Shown here: piece after piece, positions 58,892 through 64,000 of the stretch | Position numbering within the stretch: position 1 is the stretch's first letter | Layout: each line of letters begins with the position of its first letter | From: an uncultured Spartobacteria bacterium | GTDB taxonomy: Bacteria; Verrucomicrobiota; Verrucomicrobiia; Chthoniobacterales; UBA6821 | Assembly (NCBI GenBank): GCA_903826635.1 | Contig: CAIKFI010000060.1 | Coordinates: forward strand, 3,451 to 67,450 | Length of the DNA: 64,000 nt | Reading direction: 5' to 3' | Position numbers and translations under genes: made by a program | Notes under the pieces: model-generated | Seen by the model: the letters and a program-made list of their open reading frames with translations, nothing else | The model's database searches: none | Told to the model about the DNA's origin: nothing

Positions 58892-59581
58892 ATGGCTTCG
58901 AAAAGCGGTAAAGTTAACGGTAAAGAGCGAATCGCAATCGTTGACAGCCAACCTTCAAGCCGGATCGGCCTCTCCCATTTCATCAAGAAGATTGGTCGTT
59001 GGGAGATTGCCTGGTCGAGCGCCACAGCTAATGAGGCGATGGAGAAAATCTGCAATGATCAACCGGATCTCATGATCCTTGAGATACAACTGATCGGAAA
59101 AGATGGCCTGGAATTCATCAAAACCCTGATGCCACTGTATCCCACTTTGAAAATCATGGTTCACTCCGCGCACAGTGAGGACTTTTATGCAGAGCGGTGC
59201 CTCAAGGCCGGAGCAATGGGTTATTTGCACAAGATGGAACCGATGGGTCATTTCGAAAAGGCCGTTGAAAAGGTTCTCCGTGGTGAACTCTATATCAATC
59301 CACGAATTGCAAAGCAGGCACTCCAGGCGGCTGTGTGCCAATCGGAAAGTCTGAAAGGCGACGATCACAATCTCCATAACCTGACGGATCGTGAACTAGA
59401 AATCATGATCCTGATGGCCGAAGGGCAATCCTGTAATGATTCAGCTGAAAAACTCAAAATCAGCCCCCGCACGGTTCAAGTCCACCGCAACAATATCCGT
59501 CTCAAGATCGGCTTGGAAAGTTCACTGCAACTTCATGCGTATGCGGTTCACTTCTACGGGAGGGACACCTCAATCGCTTAG
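58892..59581 (+). CDS. NarL/FixJ (LuxR-HTH) family response regulator with atypical receiver (Glu at the phospho-acceptor position)
   Basis: REC domain IAIVDSQP...PDLMILEIQLIGKDGLEF...MVHSAHSE...GAMGYLHK plus the LuxR HTH LTDRELEIMILMAEGQSCNDSAEKLKISPRTVQVHRNNIRLKIG. Start is the ATG at 58892 or at 58877. The track start at 58745 overlaps the tRNA. Confidence 0.85.
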   Translation: MASKSGKVNGKERIAIVDSQPSSRIGLSHFIKKIGRWEIAWSSATANEAMEKICNDQPDLMILEIQLIGKDGLEFIKTLMPLYPTLKIMVHSAHSEDFYAERCLKAGAMGYLHKMEPMGHFEKAVEKVLRGELYINPRIAKQALQAAVCQSESLKGDDHNLHNLTDRELEIMILMAEGQSCNDSAEKLKISPRTVQVHRNNIRLKIGLESSLQLHAYAVHFYGRDTSIA

Positions 59582-59714
59582 GAAGACGCACTCCCGAGAA
59601 AACGTTCCGCCTTCATGAAAGCAACTTTCGCGGACAAAGGTATCACTCAAGAATCAGGAGTTAAAAGAGTCCCACAAGAGTTTTGTGGAGACATTCCCTT
59701 ATAACCTCACCTCC

Positions 59715-59775
59715 GAACCTCCTGCGAGGTTCAGAAAATCAGGCATAAGAATTTTGCTTATGCGATAATAAGCAG
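59715..59775 (+). promoter_or_regulatory. cluster of inverted repeats / mutually exclusive hairpins in the 237-nt intergenic region
   Basis: GAACCTC-CTGC-GAGGTTC at 59715-59732. GCATAAG (59743-49)-N7-CTTATGC (59757-63). GCTTAT (59756-61)-GCGATA-ATAAGC (59768-73) shares its left arm with the previous repeat. Confidence 0.4.
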
Positions 59776-59821
59776 CTCTCCATCTACCCTTTCGGGGAAC
59801 TTTGGATCAGGGTTGTAGGTG

Positions 59822-60427
59822 ATGAAGGCCACCTCCCAGAATGAATCCCTAAGAGCAGAGAGTAATCGTCGTTGTGAACGCTCTATTCATGACAAAAAAA
59901 CTCCGATCGCAACGGAATTGCGAGATAATCAGGGAGGGCAGTATGAAGATCTGGTCGGTTTTGAAATCAAAGTCATCTGCATCTACCCAACGGTGGAAAC
60001 TGGAAAACTGGCCAAACTCTGGCTGGAGGAAGCGTTCCGTAAGATGTCCCCGCATACAAGTGCAAGAATCGAGTTTTACAACTACTCCGTGATGGGTAAG
60101 GGCGGCATTAGCTGGCGTCATCATATCAACCGGATCAGGCCACACATTATCCTGATGATCTCCGATGGAAGGAGCCAACTGATCCAAGGATTAAGACATT
60201 CCATCAAGGAACTCATCTCTGAGTCCAGCATTGGGAAGAAGCCCTTGGTTATCTTTCGGAGTCTTGAACCCCAACCATCGTTAAATACCGCTGTCCTGCT
60301 CGATTATGTGTCCGCTCTGACCGATAGAAATCATTGTGAGTTGAACGCAATGAATGGGGATGGTTCCCCCGTAAACTGCTTTCGTCATCCAAGGTTTTTA
60401 CTAAAAGGACGCACGCGTCACGAGTAA
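59822..60427 (+). CDS. hypothetical protein (about 201 aa), possible flavodoxin/receiver-like fold
   Basis: ORF with an ATG at 59822 (GTG at 59819). Alternating beta-alpha pattern IKVICIY...ARIEFYNY...HIILMISDG...PLVIFRS. No family recognised. Contains three TTA codons. Confidence 0.45.
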   Translation: MKATSQNESLRAESNRRCERSIHDKKTPIATELRDNQGGQYEDLVGFEIKVICIYPTVETGKLAKLWLEEAFRKMSPHTSARIEFYNYSVMGKGGISWRHHINRIRPHIILMISDGRSQLIQGLRHSIKELISESSIGKKPLVIFRSLEPQPSLNTAVLLDYVSALTDRNHCELNAMNGDGSPVNCFRHPRFLLKGRTRHE

Positions 60428-60435
60428 CGTCCCAA

Positions 60436-61275
60436 TCAGGCAGCAATAAGCGTAAGCAAGGAAACCTCTGGAGGACAACGAAACCGGACAGGAGCGTAGG
60501 CAACGCCGACACCTGCCGAGACGAAGACATTTCCGTTTAATGTAGGAATTAATCCCACAGGATACATTTCACACCCTTTGGGGATGATCGGTCTGCCTAT
60601 CAAAGGGAGATTAATTTGCCCTCCGTGCGTATGGCCGCAACAAACCAGCTTGATCCGAGGATCCCTGATACGATCAACTAACGCCGGACTATGGGTCAAT
60701 GCAAGGGTCACGCAATCTGGTGTGGCACCGGCTAATGCGGCTGAGATATCGGGTTGGCCAATCGTCGCATCATCAAAACCCGCCAAGTAGAGGCGAGAAC
60801 CATCACGGTCCAACCAGGCTCCCTTGTTTGTGATTTCAATGATCCCCTGACGCGCAAGCTCCGTAGATGTCAGGAACCGGTTGGCCTTGATATCACGGTT
60901 TCCCTGCACGGCATAGACGCCCAAGGGAGCTCTTAATTCACCTAAGGCATCCATCACAGGTGCGATCAATTGTGGATCATGATCGACAAAGTCCCCACCA
61001 AGTAGAATCAACTCCGGTTGCAGTGAGAGAGCCATCTTAACTGACATCTGGACATACTCCTGGGAGATGAACCCTCCCCGGTGAAAATCAGTCAGAAAAG
61101 CTATTTTCATCCCTTCAAAGCCCTTGGGCAATCCCCGGATAGGAACATTCAGATTATGGACTTCAAGATCCCCAGACTCCCAATAAGAATAGCCAGCAGA
61201 AGCCCCCAAAGTCATCCACGCGGTTACGCCGAACGCCCCTTTTACAAAGCTCCTACGTGTCATACCATTGCCCAT
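60436..61275 (-). CDS. Tat-exported metallophosphoesterase
   Basis: Twin-arginine signal MTRRSFVKGAFGVTAWMTLGASA. Calcineurin-like motifs FLTDFH, GGDFVDH, GNRD and GHTHGGQ. Confidence 0.85.
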   Translation of the reverse strand: MGNGMTRRSFVKGAFGVTAWMTLGASAGYSYWESGDLEVHNLNVPIRGLPKGFEGMKIAFLTDFHRGGFISQEYVQMSVKMALSLQPELILLGGDFVDHDPQLIAPVMDALGELRAPLGVYAVQGNRDIKANRFLTSTELARQGIIEITNKGAWLDRDGSRLYLAGFDDATIGQPDISAALAGATPDCVTLALTHSPALVDRIRDPRIKLVCCGHTHGGQINLPLIGRPIIPKGCEMYPVGLIPTLNGNVFVSAGVGVAYAPVRFRCPPEVSLLTLIAA

Positions 61276-61400
61276 GCTTTAGTTTACCATGATTTCTTGG
61301 CAAAGAATACCTTAAGCAGCCCTCACTCCTTCGCACGAAAAGGAGGTGTCAGGGGAAGCATGTTGCCCTAACCTCTGGGAGAGATTTCCTACTGAATGCT

Positions 61401-62891
61401 GTGAACTCCCCTGGAAAATCATCCAACCCCGATCCTTACCGGCGCGAGTTGCTTTGGAACCAACTCTGGCAAGCGCTGAACTTTGCCTCCAAGGCAGCTT
61501 TTTTACTCCTTCTCACCCCCATGATGATTTCTCAATGGGGAAGCATAGGATACGGACTTTTTGCGTTGGCAAGCTCCCTACTCGTCTCGATGGCTCTCCT
61601 CGATGGTGGAATCAGATCTCTCACGCGGATTCAGATGGCGGATGCCGCAAAGCGAGGTGACAGCGTGGCATTAAAGCGTATCTACACTCAGGGACTCCTC
61701 ACTTTTGCAGCAGTCTCCCTTGCAGCTGTCGTTTTGAGTGCGCTTCTCTCCCTGAGCGGTTGTTTGACGGCATGGTTTCACCTTCCGAAAGATGGAGCAT
61801 CCATTCTGGTACTGACGGTTTTCTGCACAGCAATCCTCATGACCTCTATTCTTGCCCTCGAGCCACTCGCAGCAAAAGGGAATCTCTCCACGCTCAAAGC
61901 CGCTAATACCTGTGGAGCTCTAATTGCCATTCCTCTGTGTGCCCTTCTCGTATTTTTAGGAGCGGGAGTCGGTCCAGTCATCGGGGTGTATTCCGCCTCT
62001 ATGACCATTCCTAATCTTGTCGTCGCCTACCGAAACGGACTCTTTGCGCTACTTCCTTGGCATGAACTGGAACGATTCCATGCAGGCACGGCTCTCAACA
62101 CTTTACGAGCCGGCATTTGGTATTATCTCACAACGGTTTCGCTGATAGCAAAGAGTCATGCTCTCACCTTTCTAGTCTCCGCGATTGCCGGCCCTGCCGA
62201 GGCCGGCATCTTCTATATCCTTCTCCGGTTCTCGGAGATCATCAGCAATGTCGCCTCCACCTCGAGCGAAACCTCGCTCGCCTCACTGAAGGCAGCCTCA
62301 AATACGGAGGAGCGCCGTGCATTTTTCATGCAAAGCTGGCAGCATGTCGCCCTGTTTTCCATACAGGGAGCCTTGGTCTTCCTCTTCCTGACAAAACAAC
62401 TTCTTGCCATCTGGCTACACGGAGAGATCACTGCTCCCTCATGGATCGGACTCGGCTTGGCCGTTTTCGGGCTCTCGGGCGCCTTCAGCAAGGTCGCAAT
62501 CAATTCCTCGATGGGGCTTGATCTCATCCGCTATGGTGCGACTGCAGGACTGGGAGAGGCCCTCCTTGGCATTCTTGGCGCCTATTCTGGATATCATGTG
62601 GGAGGACTCACTGGGCTTCTTCTGGGAGGAAGCTTAGGAGTTATCTGCCTTATTCCGATCATGAAGATGATCTCAAGGGACTGTGCTACGATTTTAAAAG
62701 GATCGCTCACGCACCTCTGGATCCTTCCTCTAAAACAGCTTCTACCGGGATTCCTTATCTCGACTCTGATCCTCTGGACTTCCTCTCAGCATGGATCTCT
62801 TGGATGTCTCATCGGCCTATCACTTACCATAGGGATAACCCTCTGGGATCTGAGAAGACTCCACTCCTGTAAGACTCAGTCCAAGATTTAG
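61401..62891 (+). CDS. polysaccharide flippase-like membrane protein (MOP/Wzx superfamily)
   Basis: 496 aa with about 12-14 TM helices, typical Wzx-like size and topology, next to a chain-length-determinant gene. GTG start. Confidence 0.55.
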   Translation: MNSPGKSSNPDPYRRELLWNQLWQALNFASKAAFLLLLTPMMISQWGSIGYGLFALASSLLVSMALLDGGIRSLTRIQMADAAKRGDSVALKRIYTQGLLTFAAVSLAAVVLSALLSLSGCLTAWFHLPKDGASILVLTVFCTAILMTSILALEPLAAKGNLSTLKAANTCGALIAIPLCALLVFLGAGVGPVIGVYSASMTIPNLVVAYRNGLFALLPWHELERFHAGTALNTLRAGIWYYLTTVSLIAKSHALTFLVSAIAGPAEAGIFYILLRFSEIISNVASTSSETSLASLKAASNTEERRAFFMQSWQHVALFSIQGALVFLFLTKQLLAIWLHGEITAPSWIGLGLAVFGLSGAFSKVAINSSMGLDLIRYGATAGLGEALLGILGAYSGYHVGGLTGLLLGGSLGVICLIPIMKMISRDCATILKGSLTHLWILPLKQLLPGFLISTLILWTSSQHGSLGCLIGLSLTIGITLWDLRRLHSCKTQSKI

Positions 62892-62932
62892 GTATTTTTT
62901 ATACAGGACGCACTCTCCTCGACTTACAAAAA

Positions 62933-64000
62933 TCAATCACTTACGACGGAGGAGGGAGCATTTGTCATGATAATTCCATCGACGCGCCACCGCAGCCTCC
63001 TAATCAATGCGATCATACGGATGAGTTGGCTCATCATTGTTATCCCGTAATCTACGGTAAGGATGACCGGGTAGAACTTTGGTAGCGAGAGAGGCAGGAC
63101 CTGGTCGCGGGCCGTAGCCGTATAAATAAAGATAAAGTCAAATTGATCAATGAATCCATCCCACTCCAAATAAAGGGGCCGAGGAAAAAGATTGTTCATT
63201 AATTCCATCGCTTGGACTCCTGAGGAGAGTAGCGAGATTCGACCTGTTGTATCTTTGTTAAAAAAATCCGACAGAGGTAAAGAAGAGAGAACCCATTCCT
63301 TGAGGCCATGCCTAACTTCAATCCCAAGATGTTGTGCAATCTCCGAATGAACAAAATCACAATCTGCAATAAGGATACGCTTTCCTGAATCGGAGAGCAC
63401 CCTGGCAAGGTCTGCGAGTAAAACTGCGGAGTTTTGATTTGCAACGGGAACCCACCCGAAAACGCCCCCTTTAGACATGATTTGATGGGTCAGGAAATAG
63501 GACCTCAGGGATAAAAGTTTCGTTAGATATAAATGAGATTTTGATCCGTCCTGTTTGATTAATGGTGTTGTCTTGTGCAACACATCGACACTAGAACTAG
63601 ATCTTTTGGGAAGCATTTCTAAACAAGCAACCTTAAGTTCAATTTCAACCTGAGGTATGGAGACAATCTTTTTATCCCAATAGAATTTCACCGTGGAAAT
63701 CAAAAAGCCCAAAGCGCCGCCTAAACCAATACCAAGAATAATATATAGAGTTAAATTCGGCCAGTAAGGACGTGGTGGTGGCACGGCAGCATTCAAAACA
63801 ACGATGATGTTTGCGCTCGCCTGATATTTGTCACTACTCATGGCTTGCATTTGTTCAGGTTTCCCAAAGGTACTCACAAGCTGGGAACATCTCTGGTTCA
63901 GATCCTGAAGCTTTGCAGTGTTTTTTTGAACGATTTGCTGCAACCCCTTCTGTTGGCTTGATTTAATGCCGTATTCGGCACGAAGTGATTCAACAAGCTT
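62933..64000 (-). CDS. polysaccharide chain-length determinant / GumC-Wzc-like protein with degenerate P-loop domain (N-terminus beyond the window)
   Basis: The reading frame stays open to the window end (..KLVESLRAEYGIKSSQQKGLQQIVQKNTAKLQ..). Has a coiled-coil, the PPRPYWPN proline motif plus a TM helix, then an ATPase-like domain VPVANQNSAVLLADLARVLSDSGKRILIADCDF that lacks GxGK[ST]. Confidence 0.65.
   Translation of the reverse strand, partial: KLVESLRAEYGIKSSQQKGLQQIVQKNTAKLQDLNQRCSQLVSTFGKPEQMQAMSSDKYQASANIIVVLNAAVPPPRPYWPNLTLYIILGIGLGGALGFLISTVKFYWDKKIVSIPQVEIELKVACLEMLPKRSSSSVDVLHKTTPLIKQDGSKSHLYLTKLLSLRSYFLTHQIMSKGGVFGWVPVANQNSAVLLADLARVLSDSGKRILIADCDFVHSEIAQHLGIEVRHGLKEWVLSSLPLSDFFNKDTTGRISLLSSGVQAMELMNNLFPRPLYLEWDGFIDQFDFIFIYTATARDQVLPLSLPKFYPVILTVDYGITMMSQLIRMIALIRRLRWRVDGIIMTNAPSSVVSD

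Noticed and set aside
1-64000. Search by eye for CRISPR arrays, IS elements or transposases, integrases, rRNA, tmRNA, SRP or RNase P RNA, toxin-antitoxin pairs and known defence systems
   Set aside because: I found no spaced direct repeats, no terminal inverted repeats flanking a transposase-like ORF and no recognisable motifs. The only RNA gene I can support is the tRNA at 58699-58771. Absence by eye is weak evidence and should be confirmed with Rfam, ISfinder and defence-system scanners.

Overview
Mostly housekeeping chromosome from a Gram-negative bacterium. I guess a PVC or Verrucomicrobia-like organism, based on futalosine-pathway mqn genes, a long-form IspH, LptE/BamD-like envelope genes and several L,D-transpeptidases. 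GC is roughly 52-55% by eye. None of this could be verified without a database. About 55 genes are packed densely. They cover translation and RNA (smpB, rpoZ, ileS, rsmI, an rlmD-like gene), DNA replication and repair (uvrA, uvrB, holA, dnaG), rpoD, metabolism (trpE fragment at the left edge, argG, ribD, gpmA, accA, ispH, nnr, mqnA plus an mqnC/E-type gene) and respiration (hemW, a geranylgeranyl-reductase-like flavoprotein, cydAB). Envelope genes include lepB, lspA, an RND pump with its adaptor, and LD-transpeptidases. An exopolysaccharide-type locus sits at the right edge. I found no CRISPR array, rRNA, IS element, integrase or recognisable defence system. The most unusual object is a perfectly folded 73-nt tRNA at 58699-58771. 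It has a tRNA-Leu-type D-arm, discriminator A and anticodon UAA, but lacks the long variable arm that bacterial tRNA-Leu normally carries. It lies at the edge of a block of lower-GC genes that use TTA codons. That block includes a LuxR-type response regulator whose phospho-acceptor Asp is replaced by Glu. Other points worth a second look: a basic tail of about 130 aa on sigma-70, a LysM protein with a catalytically dead YkuD-like domain, and a frameshifted remnant of a mobile-element gene upstream of gpmA. Also notable are a markedly low-GC mqnA embedded in an operon, a possible hemW-flavoprotein-cydAB operon, and a few strong intergenic hairpins. The many long antisense ORFs in the track are codon-aligned shadow ORFs and are rejected.
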